Below, piece by piece: positions 10,885 to 20,227 of a DNA stretch of 28,255 bases. The DNA lies in IMG/VR virus record IMGVR_UViG_2778261277_000006, positions 1 through 28,255 of that record, one strand, 5' to 3'. Source of the DNA: a virus. Lineage: Duplodnaviria; Heunggongvirae; Uroviricota; Caudoviricetes. A program made the translations under genes and the position numbers. The notes under the pieces were generated by a model. The model made no database searches. It was given only the letters and a program-made list of their open reading frames with translations, and was not told the DNA's origin. Positions within the stretch are counted from its first letter, which is position 1; every line of letters starts with the position of its first letter.

Positions 10885-11913
10885 TTATTTCACCTGCACC
10901 ACCACAAACTCATCCGGGTCCGGCAACACCATCAGCGGTGCGGACTGCGTCATGGTGAATTCACGGGCCGGATCGCCCACGGTCATCCAGTGTTTCGGAT
11001 AACGGGAAGAGGCCACCACACCTTCGGACAACGCCTGTGCATCCTGAATGGCACCATAGCAACGAATACCTTCTGCCGCCGTATTTCCCAGGACCAGCGT
11101 GCCCTCCGGCAGATAACGTTTTTCGGTACCGTCCTCTGCCACATAAGACGTTTTCGCCACCACAATGGCCAGATCGCCGTAATACCCCTTGAAAGACACC
11201 ACCGACCCCAGGTCTTTCACTGCCGTTTCGAGTTGTGAATTTGAGCCGCGACGGGTATCCAGTTTTTCGCGGAACAGCTTAAAGCCATTCAGCAGACGCC
11301 AGACGGTACCGTCCATGATGGCAATATTCACAAGACCGCTGGCCTGATCACAGAAAAGGTCGATATCATATGTCGGGTCGAACGTGTCACGGTCCTGTTT
11401 TGACCACTCCTTACCGCTACCCTGTATGATGTTATTCTTCGTCGATCTGCCAAAATCGACCTCAATTTTCTCGAACTGGTCTCCTTCCATGGTGTATTTG
11501 CCATACAGCACAGCATTTACCGCCTGCATTTCTTCCACCTGGACAATGGCATGCTCTTCCTGTTTGAGGTTATCAGTGATAATACGCAGACGACGGTAGG
11601 CCGGGTCGTTCAGTTGAGCCGGATCTTCACCAGGAAGACGTTCAACCGCCTGCTGGTAATTAAATTCGTGTTTCGGCTTGACGTAGCCAGGACGCAACAC
11701 GCGGGTTTCACCACCACGATGACGCAGCACTTTTCCTTCAACAACCGGGGAGACATAGGCCGCCACCGGCGTTTTTCCGGTAATTTTGTCCAGCATCACC
11801 TCTTCTGTATGGAAATTCACCGTACGTCGGAAAAACAGCTCCAGAAACAGCGCACGAAATTTCACTTTTTGTTCGGTATAACCGAGTAACTGGCGGGTCG
11901 TAAACAATCCCAT
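10885..11913 (-). CDS. E: Major capsid protein E
   Basis: 342 aa with ...LFLELFFRR..., ...PGYVKPKHEF..., ...RRGSNSQLETAVKDLGSVVSFKGYYGDLAIVV..., ...TVGDPAREFTMTQSAPLMVLPDPDEFVVVQV, matching lambda gpE. Confidence 0.95.
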   Translation of the reverse strand: MGLFTTRQLLGYTEQKVKFRALFLELFFRRTVNFHTEEVMLDKITGKTPVAAYVSPVVEGKVLRHRGGETRVLRPGYVKPKHEFNYQQAVERLPGEDPAQLNDPAYRRLRIITDNLKQEEHAIVQVEEMQAVNAVLYGKYTMEGDQFEKIEVDFGRSTKNNIIQGSGKEWSKQDRDTFDPTYDIDLFCDQASGLVNIAIMDGTVWRLLNGFKLFREKLDTRRGSNSQLETAVKDLGSVVSFKGYYGDLAIVVAKTSYVAEDGTEKRYLPEGTLVLGNTAAEGIRCYGAIQDAQALSEGVVASSRYPKHWMTVGDPAREFTMTQSAPLMVLPDPDEFVVVQVK

Positions 11914-11970
11914 AAATCAGTTCCTTTCATTCAGAAATCAGTCAGGCCACCGCGGTGGCCTGATAACGTG

Positions 11971-12318
11971 TTACGGCAGCGCCGCGTGACTCAGGGCACT
12001 GCCGGCAAAGGCGTTGGCCTTTTTGTGTTCATCCACACTTTCAGGCCAGCGGATTGCCTCCGTCGCAAAGGTCCCCGACTTGTAATACGTCAGCGCCGTC
12101 TCTGTGCCTTCAAGCGGCAGTACCAGTATGCCAACCGCACCACCGGCTTTCTGTCCGTCCCAGACCACCAGTTTCCCGGTGGCCTCATCCAGCATCAGGG
12201 GTGTCAGTGCCGGTGTTACCGAGGAAATCCCGCTGCTGCCTGTGGCGGTATGAGCCGGATCATTACCGGCAAAAATACGTACTTCCGCACGCTGTTCAGT
12301 GATGGTTTTCGTTACCAT
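11971..12318 (-). CDS. D: Head decoration protein D
   Basis: 115 aa, ...NDPAHTATGSSG...TPLMLDEATGKLVVWDGQKAGGAVGILVLP...YYKSGTFATEAIRWPE..., lambda gpD-like. Confidence 0.9.
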   Translation of the reverse strand: MVTKTITEQRAEVRIFAGNDPAHTATGSSGISSVTPALTPLMLDEATGKLVVWDGQKAGGAVGILVLPLEGTETALTYYKSGTFATEAIRWPESVDEHKKANAFAGSALSHAALP

Positions 12319-12354
12319 ATTATTAAAACCTCATATTGATGATCAGCAGTGGCT

Positions 12355-13860
12355 TTATGGCATGGCCATGAGCATTTTTACGTCCGCATCACCGTCTGCT
12401 GACGTCTGTGACATGCCGCCCTGCACCGCTGCCGGTGAATGGTTCGCCATGAAATGTTCAAACATGGATGTCGTGGAGGCAGAGACTGGTTCAGCTTTAC
12501 CTGATGCAGCAGCCAGTACAGCCCGGGCATTCTCCACGGTCATCCCCGGGCAGGCCGCCAGTTTTTCAGCCTGCGCCTCAGCCCCTTTTGCCTCATCCAG
12601 TGCCATGATCTGATCACGGAGTGATGGTCCGGCATCCGCCTGCGGTGAAGCAGCCAGGATCTGGCGGGCTTTTTCCACCGTCATCTCCGGCATCGCCGCC
12701 AGCGTTGCCGCCAGTTGTTCACGACCGTTCGCTTCTTCACACGCCATAATGCGATCGGCTTCACTCTGCGTGGATGCCACCGGCTGCTGCGGTGCCGCCG
12801 CGGCCAGAATCGCCCGGGCCTGTTCAACGCTCATACCCTGTTGTCCTGCCAGCATCGTGGCAAGCTGTTCACGTCCTTTCGCTTCCTGGCATGTCAGGAT
12901 CCCCATCACTCGCTGGTTCTCCTGCGCGGCGGCTTCCGTTGCAGTTAATTGCGGCATAGTGCCTCCTCTGACATTACTGTTCAGCGCCGTGGCCATCACA
13001 CTGATGGCATCCGACGCATTGATTAATTCATCCGCCAGCCCGGCCTCAATGCCGGACTGACCTTCAAAAACAGCGGCCTCTGTCCCCATAACCGTATCCA
13101 CAGATAAACCGGTATACATCGCCACTTTTTCGGCAAACATCCGGCGCGCCGCATCAATCCGCTGCTGCATGTCCTGGCGAACCTCTGCCGGCAACGCTTC
13201 AAATTGATTGCCATCCACCTTGTGCGCCCCTGAGTAAATCAGCGTGATATCCACACCGGCCTGCGCCAGATGACCGGCATAGCTGACATGGCTCATCATC
13301 ACACCAATGGAGCCGATACGGGATGTCTGGGTAACCAGCCGTCGGGAGCAGGCCGACGCCAGCAGCATGGCTGCAGAACAGGCCGTGTCATTGCACAGTG
13401 CCCAGACCGGCTTCTGCTGACAGAGGCGGTAAATCATGTCAGCGCAGTCAAACGCGCCGGCGGCCTGCCCGCCCGGACTGTCAATGTCCAGCAGTACGCC
13501 CCGCACCTGGCTATCCGCCATTGCCTGCTGAAGACAGGCGACAATACCGTCATAGCCTGTCATTCCGGAAAATGGCCGCATACCACCCAGCCGGTGCACC
13601 AGCGTGCCTGTCACCGGCAGTACAGCAATACCGTTCACCACCCGGTAAACACGGGCCGGTCGTTTACCTCCGGCCATATACTCGTCCGTTTCAGCCAGCA
13701 TTCCGGGAGCATCAAGCTGTACCTGTTGTTGTGGTACCGAAAGACTTGCTGCCCCCATCTCACGCCCCAGCGCGCAAAAGAAAACCCGCGCATAGGCGGG
13801 CTCCAGAAGCAGCGGTTCATTGAATGCTGCGGCAATAATGTGTGAAAGATTACGTCTCAC
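12355..13860 (-). CDS. C: Prohead protease/scaffold C (S49 family peptidase, Nu3-like scaffold region in same frame)
   Basis: 501 aa, ...AFNEPLLLEPAYARVFFCAL..., ...GIAVLPVTGTLV..., ...GAFDCADMIYRL...PVWALCNDTACSAA...SIGVMMSHV..., lambda gpC-like; C-terminal third carries three tandem ~40-aa repeats (see findings). Track start is GTG. Confidence 0.9.
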   Translation of the reverse strand: MRRNLSHIIAAAFNEPLLLEPAYARVFFCALGREMGAASLSVPQQQVQLDAPGMLAETDEYMAGGKRPARVYRVVNGIAVLPVTGTLVHRLGGMRPFSGMTGYDGIVACLQQAMADSQVRGVLLDIDSPGGQAAGAFDCADMIYRLCQQKPVWALCNDTACSAAMLLASACSRRLVTQTSRIGSIGVMMSHVSYAGHLAQAGVDITLIYSGAHKVDGNQFEALPAEVRQDMQQRIDAARRMFAEKVAMYTGLSVDTVMGTEAAVFEGQSGIEAGLADELINASDAISVMATALNSNVRGGTMPQLTATEAAAQENQRVMGILTCQEAKGREQLATMLAGQQGMSVEQARAILAAAAPQQPVASTQSEADRIMACEEANGREQLAATLAAMPEMTVEKARQILAASPQADAGPSLRDQIMALDEAKGAEAQAEKLAACPGMTVENARAVLAAASGKAEPVSASTTSMFEHFMANHSPAAVQGGMSQTSADGDADVKMLMAMP

Positions 13861-15442
13861 GTGGTGTTGTCTCCTCTTCCGGCCTGCGACTCTCCGCTAT
13901 CTGCTGCTGATACGCCTGCGCTATCCACACCGGGCGTGAGAGCCCGGCTTTTTCCCGCTCTGCGGATTCCCTGACCTGCTGGCGGAAAATGTCCTGATAA
14001 TCCTCGCCCATCAGTGCCAGTTCTTTCTCATACGTGCTCAGTCCGGCCTCAATGCGCATCACCGACTCCTGAACCTCCTTGAGCCCGTCAATGGCCATTC
14101 TTCCGGAGCCAATCCACTCTGCCCGTGACCAGGCTGAACGCGCCTGATAAAAATCAAAACGCGCCCGTGGCGGACGAATAATCCCCCGAAGAAGCGCCTC
14201 TTCCAGCCAGCAGGAAAACATCTGCGTGGCCAGCCGGGCCGCAATAAATTTTCGTCGCCCCATAAAATAACGCCACGACTCATTGGCTGAGGCACGGGCA
14301 CTTGAGTAACTGACCTTCGAGTAATCACGGGACAACTGTTCGTAGGAAACGCCAAGACCGGCGGCGATATACCGCAGCAGCGCCTGTTCAAGCGCAGAAA
14401 ATCCATTATCTGAATCCTGCGCGGTCTGCAGTTTCAGATCATCCCCGGGGAAAAGGTGCGGAATTTTGACACCGCCCAGCGTCACGTGATTCGTGTCATA
14501 CCAGTTGGAGAACTTCTCCAGAATATTAATAAGCGGATTATCCTTCTGACTCTGCGGTGCACCCGCGATATATTCAAAGGCCTTTTCGGTATCAAGTTCA
14601 CTTTCGATTGTGGCTGCATACATGGCCTTCACAATGGCCGACTGAAGCTGTGTTACCTGCAGGGAATCGAGCATCTTCAGCCGCTCCATGACGCTGTAAA
14701 ACTGATTAGCCCCACGGGTCTGCCCGTCCTCCACCGGCTCGAAAATATGCAGCATGGCCGGACGCCCGGTTGGAAGTTCACGCGGGATCCGTTCCCATCC
14801 TCCACTACCAGAGAACGGAAAATCATCCTCACAGATGTGGTACGCAACGGCACGGCCATATCGATCGACCTCCACACCGGCCCGCAGAAAACGGTTCCCC
14901 ATACCGTGTCCTGGCGTGTCCACCCGTTTCGGACTCACGGCTTTAAAACGCGTACGGAATAACTGCGTGGTTTCCGTATCCCAGACCGGCTGCACAAAGA
15001 TTTCGCCGTTAAACGCATGAACGCCCACACCTTCACGGATAAATTCCGTGAAGGTGCGTTTTCCTTCCACGTCGATCTCGCCAAACATTCCTTCCGCGTA
15101 TTCCGACCAGGCCGCCTCCACCTCATCGACAAAGCTTTTTGCTGCAGTCTCCCGCATCCCCAGCCAGCGCCAGTTCGGACGGTAGCTGATCAGAAACATA
15201 TGCCCGACAATGTGATCCTTATGCAGGGCCACCGCATTAGCCGCTATTCCGTTATTGCGCACCAGATCATCTGCCCGGGCATTCCCCAGACGCAACGCAG
15301 GCAGCAGGGCAGCATCAACACCCTGCGCCGGTGGCAACCACTCGGCCATTTGCCCGCCAAATCCTGAGCCGCCCCCGTTGTAGCTGAGACTCTCACGAAG
15401 CGGAACGCCGTTCACATCAATCAGGACAGGCGTTCGTTTCAT
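13850..15442 (-). CDS. B: Portal protein B
   Basis: 530 aa, lambda gpB-like length and sequence character (e.g. ...YNGGGSGFGGQ...), between W and C. Confidence 0.9.
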   Translation of the reverse strand: MKRTPVLIDVNGVPLRESLSYNGGGSGFGGQMAEWLPPAQGVDAALLPALRLGNARADDLVRNNGIAANAVALHKDHIVGHMFLISYRPNWRWLGMRETAAKSFVDEVEAAWSEYAEGMFGEIDVEGKRTFTEFIREGVGVHAFNGEIFVQPVWDTETTQLFRTRFKAVSPKRVDTPGHGMGNRFLRAGVEVDRYGRAVAYHICEDDFPFSGSGGWERIPRELPTGRPAMLHIFEPVEDGQTRGANQFYSVMERLKMLDSLQVTQLQSAIVKAMYAATIESELDTEKAFEYIAGAPQSQKDNPLINILEKFSNWYDTNHVTLGGVKIPHLFPGDDLKLQTAQDSDNGFSALEQALLRYIAAGLGVSYEQLSRDYSKVSYSSARASANESWRYFMGRRKFIAARLATQMFSCWLEEALLRGIIRPPRARFDFYQARSAWSRAEWIGSGRMAIDGLKEVQESVMRIEAGLSTYEKELALMGEDYQDIFRQQVRESAEREKAGLSRPVWIAQAYQQQIAESRRPEEETTPRET

Positions 15443-15642
15443 AACCTCACTCCCAGCGGGCGACAGCGGCGGGTTGTCCCCAGTACCGACTCCGCATCAT
15501 TGATAGCACGATTAAGCTCATCCAGAGAGGCTGCCGTATATTCAATTCTGCGACCATCTTTCTGGACCGACACCACCCGTTTACCGGTTAATAAATCAAG
15601 ACGCGCCTGACGCAGCGCCTGCAGTTCAGCGACTGTAACCAT
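15439..15642 (-). CDS. W: Head-tail joining protein W
   Basis: 67 aa, [55 protein letters not shown]..., lambda gpW-like. Confidence 0.85.
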   Translation of the reverse strand: MVTVAELQALRQARLDLLTGKRVVSVQKDGRRIEYTAASLDELNRAINDAESVLGTTRRCRPLGVRL

Positions 15643-17596
15643 TCACTCCTCCGGACAGCTTCGCTGCCAGTTCTTTAAGGGTTGGCCGGGTCGTCTCTTC
15701 TTCCCGGGATTTTGCCAGTACAGCCAGATCAAGCTGCCAGCGCTGTACGGACACACGTAATGCCGCGTAGGCATACACCAGGCAGTCCAGCGCTTCGTTA
15801 CGCCGCTTTTTGTTATCCCACAGCAGACGCATCTTTCCTTTTTCCCACTTCTCCACAAGCTCTTCCGCAACCAGTTGCTGCGCCTCTGTCTGCGAAAAAA
15901 TCTCCGGATCATCAGGAAAACGGATGGCATACGACGTGGCTTCATCCGCAGGCGTGGGATCGGCTTTCATACGGGCATAGAGAATTTCTTTTGCGGTGTC
16001 CGTCCCCACTTCACACAGATACACGCCCCGCTGATTGCGGGTTTTCGGCATGGTGATCACCGGCTTGCCATAGACAGATGCGCCTTTTACCGGCAGCACC
16101 CGGAAAACACCGTGTTTTTTTGACCTCTGATAAACGATTTCGCCATCGATCCCCCCGATGTCCCAGCAGACACGGGAAATAGTCATTTCGGTTCCGTCTG
16201 CATGGCGGTATTTTTTGTTGATCGCCGCATCCACACGTAACAGCGTCTCTTCCTCATCGGGACGCCCCATAATGATGATTTTATCCACCAGAAAGGCTTC
16301 CTCTCCCGTAGCCCATCCCCAGACATACATCTCAAAACGGTTTCGCTGCGAGTCAATGCCCGCCGTCAGATAAACCACCCTGTCAGGTACCGCCGCCGTG
16401 TAATGCACGACCTTATCCATCAGAACCTGGTGATCGAGTTTTTCGCCCACGGCCTCTTCCCAGGTCTCGCCCAGCGTGGTGTTCACAAAGGTTTTCAGGC
16501 CGTTGGGATCTTTCAGCGCATCCAGCCAGTCATAGACTATCTGTACCCAGGTGGTAAACGGGCTATAGGCCGTCCAGATGTGGAAAGTGATGGATCGCGG
16601 TGGCGGCATCTCCTCATCACCCGCGCTGTAAAATGTCAGGCCGTCACGTGTCCACATTCCTGTATTGTCACAAATCCAGCGCCCGTCAGTCTGGTCAAGT
16701 TCCGACTGACGGATCACACAGCCATTATGTTCACACAGGTAATACACCGTTTCCGGTTTACCCTTCTCCCATTTCAGGCCAAACGGCGTGGATTCATCAC
16801 CAAACTTCAGATACTGGATCTCCCCACAATGAGGACAAGGAACATAAAACCGCATGAAATGCGCCGACTCGTTAGCGGCTTTTTCGATCTGGCAGGTGCC
16901 TTTGGTTTTGGGCGTCGAGCCGCGTATGGATTTAGGCCATACCGAACCTTCAATACGTTTATCGCCAAGCAGTGTTGGCGAACCTTCTTTTTCCACATCC
17001 GGTTCAAACGAGGAGAGTTCGTCATAACAGACCACATCCACAGATTTTTCACGGTAATTTTTTGCTGCCGCGCCACCCAGACACCAGAGCCCCACGCCGG
17101 AGGAAAAACGCTTCAGGGTTAGCGTATTATCGCGATGTTTTCTTCCGAACCATGGAGCCAGATCCAACAATGCAGGAACATCCCTTATTGTTGGCTCGAC
17201 ATGAGATTTCATGAAATCCTCGGCGGCAGAATCTGTTGGCTGAAAAAGCAGACTGTTACGGGATTTATGCTCAATAAAATAGGCCTCCACCCCTAACAGC
17301 ATTTTGGTATAACCGACGCGCGCCGATTTAATCAGATTAATGGTGCGGATCCGGTCATTTCCCATGCTGTTCATAATGGCAACCTGAAACGGCAGTGTTT
17401 CCCATTTCCCGGGAGTATATGAAGATTCTTTCGGCAGATAATAATGTTGATCAGCCCACTGAACTGTTGTCAGTGGAACCGGAATATTGAGAGATAAAAG
17501 CCCTGTAGCTATCGCACCGGCTGCATTAGCTGCCTTCTGTGCGTCTGAAATCATCGATCCACCCGCCCACGTTTTTACCGGCTTTAGCTGCAACAT
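15626..17596 (-). CDS. A: Terminase large subunit A
   Basis: 656 aa with ...[59 protein letters not shown]..., ...[20 protein letters not shown]..., ...SIRGSTPK..., ...[11 protein letters not shown]..., lambda gpA-like. Track start is probably an upstream extension; real start likely near 17554. Confidence 0.95.
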   Translation of the reverse strand: MLQLKPVKTWAGGSMISDAQKAANAAGAIATGLLSLNIPVPLTTVQWADQHYYLPKESSYTPGKWETLPFQVAIMNSMGNDRIRTINLIKSARVGYTKMLLGVEAYFIEHKSRNSLLFQPTDSAAEDFMKSHVEPTIRDVPALLDLAPWFGRKHRDNTLTLKRFSSGVGLWCLGGAAAKNYREKSVDVVCYDELSSFEPDVEKEGSPTLLGDKRIEGSVWPKSIRGSTPKTKGTCQIEKAANESAHFMRFYVPCPHCGEIQYLKFGDESTPFGLKWEKGKPETVYYLCEHNGCVIRQSELDQTDGRWICDNTGMWTRDGLTFYSAGDEEMPPPRSITFHIWTAYSPFTTWVQIVYDWLDALKDPNGLKTFVNTTLGETWEEAVGEKLDHQVLMDKVVHYTAAVPDRVVYLTAGIDSQRNRFEMYVWGWATGEEAFLVDKIIIMGRPDEEETLLRVDAAINKKYRHADGTEMTISRVCWDIGGIDGEIVYQRSKKHGVFRVLPVKGASVYGKPVITMPKTRNQRGVYLCEVGTDTAKEILYARMKADPTPADEATSYAIRFPDDPEIFSQTEAQQLVAEELVEKWEKGKMRLLWDNKKRRNEALDCLVYAYAALRVSVQRWQLDLAVLAKSREEETTRPTLKELAAKLSGGVNGYSR

Positions 17597-18074
17597 TGGA
17601 GGCTTTCGCGATTTCAGTTTTCAGCACATCAAGATGTGATGGTGAAATGTCTGGATATTTACGCTGTAACGTCAATGGCACACGCACAAGTATCCCCGAA
17701 ATTTCCTGTGCCACACGTTGCAGAATGAAGGTAAACAATTCAGTTTCCAGAACCATTCCTTCTTCACGGGCATTTTTCAGTTCCTGCGCATCTGCCTGCG
17801 CTTTTGTGAGCCGGTAGCGCTCATAGTCAATGGTGCCCGGTTGTAAGTCTGATTCTGCAGCCGCCCGCAAATCTTCCAGCTCTTTCCGGAGCTTTTCATT
17901 TTCGATATCAGCTTCCCTCTGCGCATACCACTGAATTGCCATGGCGGTATCAAATACAGATTCAACGCCCTTACCACCTCCGGAGACACAAGTAAGCCCC
18001 TGAGACTGCCAGCGTTCAATCGTCCGTGGATCCACGTTGAAAATTTCGGCAAGTTTCTTTTTATTAACCTTCAT
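17526..18074 (-). CDS. nu1: Terminase small subunit Nu1
   Basis: 182 aa, [70 protein letters not shown]..., lambda gpNu1-like; first gene downstream of cos. Confidence 0.9.
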   Translation of the reverse strand: MKVNKKKLAEIFNVDPRTIERWQSQGLTCVSGGGKGVESVFDTAMAIQWYAQREADIENEKLRKELEDLRAAAESDLQPGTIDYERYRLTKAQADAQELKNAREEGMVLETELFTFILQRVAQEISGILVRVPLTLQRKYPDISPSHLDVLKTEIAKASNVAAKAGKNVGGWIDDFRRTEGS

Positions 18075-18097
18075 GAAACAGTCTCACAATAAATACA

Positions 18098-18212
18098 GGG
18101 TCCGACATGAAAGTGCCCGAAAATGACTTTTACAGGCGTTTTCATGTCGGACCTTTTACGGATTCGATATTAGAAAAAACAAATAGTTATGTTCGAGAAG
18201 TACCGACATGCT
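18098..18212. repeat. Three copies of a CCGACATG-core motif between cosN and Nu1 (candidate cosB terminase-binding R sites)
   Basis: GGTCCGACATGAAA at ~18099-18112, its inverted copy (plus strand TTTCATGTCGGACC) at ~18140-18153, and TACCGACATGC at ~18201-18211; this is where lambda has R1-R3/IHF sites. Confidence 0.5.
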
Positions 18213-18250
18213 TTTTCCCGAAAAATTTTCATAAATAGTGAAAACGCGCG

Positions 18251-18262
18251 AGGTCGCCGCCC
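18251..18262. other. cosN cohesive-end site
   Basis: Plus strand AGGTCGCCGCCC is the reverse complement of GGGCGGCGACCT, the lambda 12-nt cohesive end; flanking minus-strand sequence ...CCTCGCGCGTTTTCACTATTTATGAAAATTTTTCGG... closely resembles the lambda left end. Confidence 0.75.
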
Positions 18263-18469
18263 CGTAGCCTGCCGGATCACCGGAAAGGACCCATTCAAAT
18301 GATAATAATTATCATGTTCATAAAGACCATCACAACTTCTATGTACACCATGAAACCACGGCAAATAATCAATTTTGGCGCAGGTGTCGCATTAATTGAT
18401 CCGCATCAACTTAACGTAAAAACAACTTCAGACAATACAAATCAGCAACACTGAACACGGGACAACATC

Positions 18470-18709
18470 ATGTCATCAAAAAATAAAACCAGCAGAACAA
18501 CTACCCGTAACATCCGCTTTCCAAACCGAATGATCGAGCAGATACATATTGCTCTTGAAGAAAAAGGATCAGGAAATTTTTCTGCATGGGTCATTGAAGC
18601 CTGTCGCCGAAGACTGTCAACAGAGAAGAGAATAAAGACAGCACAACGGAATACTGAAGAACTAAATACCCGGTCAGGTTACTTTTACCATCGTACTAAT
18701 GGACAATAA
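18470..18709 (+). CDS. Small conserved lambdoid protein, YlcI-like (DUF3950-type)
   Basis: 79 aa, MSSKNKTSRTTTRNIRFPNRMIEQIHIALEEKGSGNFSAWVIEACRRRL...; recalled similarity to the small ORF between bor and cos in lambda/DLP12; opposite strand to the late genes, as in lambda. Confidence 0.6.
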   Translation: MSSKNKTSRTTTRNIRFPNRMIEQIHIALEEKGSGNFSAWVIEACRRRLSTEKRIKTAQRNTEELNTRSGYFYHRTNGQ

Positions 18710-18858
18710 CGGGAAATAAGTCCTCACACCTTGTACACTGTAAAATCCGATGTGCATCGTTTCGATTATTTCCGTACCAACGAACATGAAGTCAACTACA
18801 TCAGTCAACTATTTCTGTTAATACGGAAACACAGCGTCGATACAGCGTATCCGGGAAC

Positions 18859-19338
18859 TTATTTCAGACATTGAGTACGGATATATTCCTGCGCTCCTTC
18901 CAGTTGTTTCTGCATCACCATCACTCGTTCTCTGAGGGTAAAATAATCCCGTTCAGCGACGTCTGCCAGTCTGGGGGAGACTGCATTATCCACGCCGGAG
19001 GCGGTGGTGGCTTCACGCACTGACTGACAGACTGCTTTGATGCGCAACCGACGACGACCAGCGGCAACATCATCACGCAGAGCATCATTTTCAGCTTTCG
19101 CATCAGCTAACTCCTTCGTGTATTTTGCATCGAGCACAGCAACATCACGCTGGCGCACCTGCATATCAGTAATTGTCGAGTTCGCCAGCTTCAGTTCTCT
19201 GGCATTTTTATCGCGCTGGGCTTTGTAGGCGATGGCGTTATCACGGTAATGATTAACAGCCCATGACAGGCAGACGATGATGCAGATAACCAGAGCATAA
19301 ATAATCGCGGTTACTCTTCTCACTGCTCTATCCCCCAA
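18859..19338 (-). CDS. Rz: Spanin inner-membrane subunit Rz
   Basis: 159 aa, ...[46 protein letters not shown]..., lambda Rz-like; N-terminal TM helix plus coiled coil. Confidence 0.9.
   Translation of the reverse strand: MGDRAVRRVTAIIYALVICIIVCLSWAVNHYRDNAIAYKAQRDKNARELKLANSTITDMQVRQRDVAVLDAKYTKELADAKAENDALRDDVAAGRRRLRIKAVCQSVREATTASGVDNAVSPRLADVAERDYFTLRERVMVMQKQLEGAQEYIRTQCLK
18921..19103 (-). CDS. Rz1: Spanin outer-membrane lipoprotein subunit Rz1 (embedded in Rz, +1 frame)
   Basis: 60 aa, [60 protein letters not shown]; lipobox LVVVGC and Pro-rich core as in lambda Rz1; fully nested in Rz. Confidence 0.85.
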   Translation of the reverse strand: MRKLKMMLCVMMLPLVVVGCASKQSVSQCVKPPPPPAWIMQSPPDWQTSLNGIILPSENE

Positions 19339-19853
19339 CAGGCTAATGCGCTTTCCTGGTCACGACGAATAACCTGACCATAACAGTTATTTGAACGAAT
19401 GCGGCAATCGCGCCCCCTGTCCTTAATCCACCAGCGAATCGCCTCGCAGGCACCTTTACGATCACCTGCATTAAGCCGCTTATAAAACGTCGACGGGAAA
19501 CACTTACCGGGGCCAATGTTATAGGGGCAAAATGACGCGATACCCGCTTTCTGGGGTTCGGTCAGTGGTACTTTAATATTACGTTCCACCCATGTCAGCG
19601 CCTTATTACGTTCAATAGCGTTAACCTGGTCGCATTTTTCCTTCGACAGCTTCATTCCCGGTATGACGGGCTTACCATCCACCATTGTGGCACCACGACA
19701 GATGGTCCATATGCCGGAGCCATCGCGGTATGCAGTGGTGTGATTCCCCTCTTTTTCATCCAGAAACTGATCGAAAATGTCAGGGGCAGGAGCACTGGCG
19801 GCAATCAGTGCCAGAACAGCAGCCGACAGGCTGTATCTGATTTTTACGTTCAT
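19320..19853 (-). CDS. R: Endolysin, lysozyme type (GH24-like) with putative N-terminal SAR/signal segment
   Basis: 177 aa; catalytic pattern E-x8-D-x5-T in [16 protein letters not shown]; N-terminus [24 protein letters not shown] is a weakly hydrophobic Ala-rich segment; upstream of Rz. Confidence 0.8.
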   Translation of the reverse strand: MNVKIRYSLSAAVLALIAASAPAPDIFDQFLDEKEGNHTTAYRDGSGIWTICRGATMVDGKPVIPGMKLSKEKCDQVNAIERNKALTWVERNIKVPLTEPQKAGIASFCPYNIGPGKCFPSTFYKRLNAGDRKGACEAIRWWIKDRGRDCRIRSNNCYGQVIRRDQESALACWGIEQ

Positions 19854-19966
19854 GGGTATTTATCAGGATTTATCGGCTTCAAATCCCCGGATATGTTAAA
19901 TCTTACCTCGCCAGTGATGGGCACAGGCGGGAGGAGGATGTCAATCTGATATACACAGAGGTGACT

Positions 19967-20227
19967 ATGGATTACACAAATCTACCAAAACAAACTTTTG
20001 CTGATTTAATCGCACTCAGGCAAGCAGTCGTAGCTCTAATCAACTTGTTGCCAGAGAAGGAAAAGGAATTAGTTAAAGCGCTTCTTAACAGAACTGCCGC
20101 CGATTTTTCATCATATTCACTGACAGATGACCTTGTGGACCTTCCTGAATTAATTGCAGCGTCCGCCATTAAGCTTACTGAAGAGATTTACCCTCCTCAA
20201 AAATCTTCACAAAATTCCTGCGAGTAA
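19967..20227 (+). CDS. Hypothetical small protein (~86 aa), convergent with and overlapping the 3' end of the 183-codon gene
   Basis: ATG at 19967 with AGAGGTG 4-5 nt upstream (track shows GTG at 19961); acidic 86-aa ORF; terminator-like hairpin plus T8 just downstream; no recognised family. Confidence 0.3.
   Translation: MDYTNLPKQTFADLIALRQAVVALINLLPEKEKELVKALLNRTAADFSSYSLTDDLVDLPELIAASAIKLTEEIYPPQKSSQNSCE

Noticed and set aside
16403-17122. 239-aa plus-strand ORF
   Set aside because: Antisense to terminase large subunit A.
18170-18364. 64-aa minus-strand ORF spanning the cos site
   Set aside because: Overlaps cosN/cosQ sequence that is conserved as a DNA site; no RBS; likely chance ORF.
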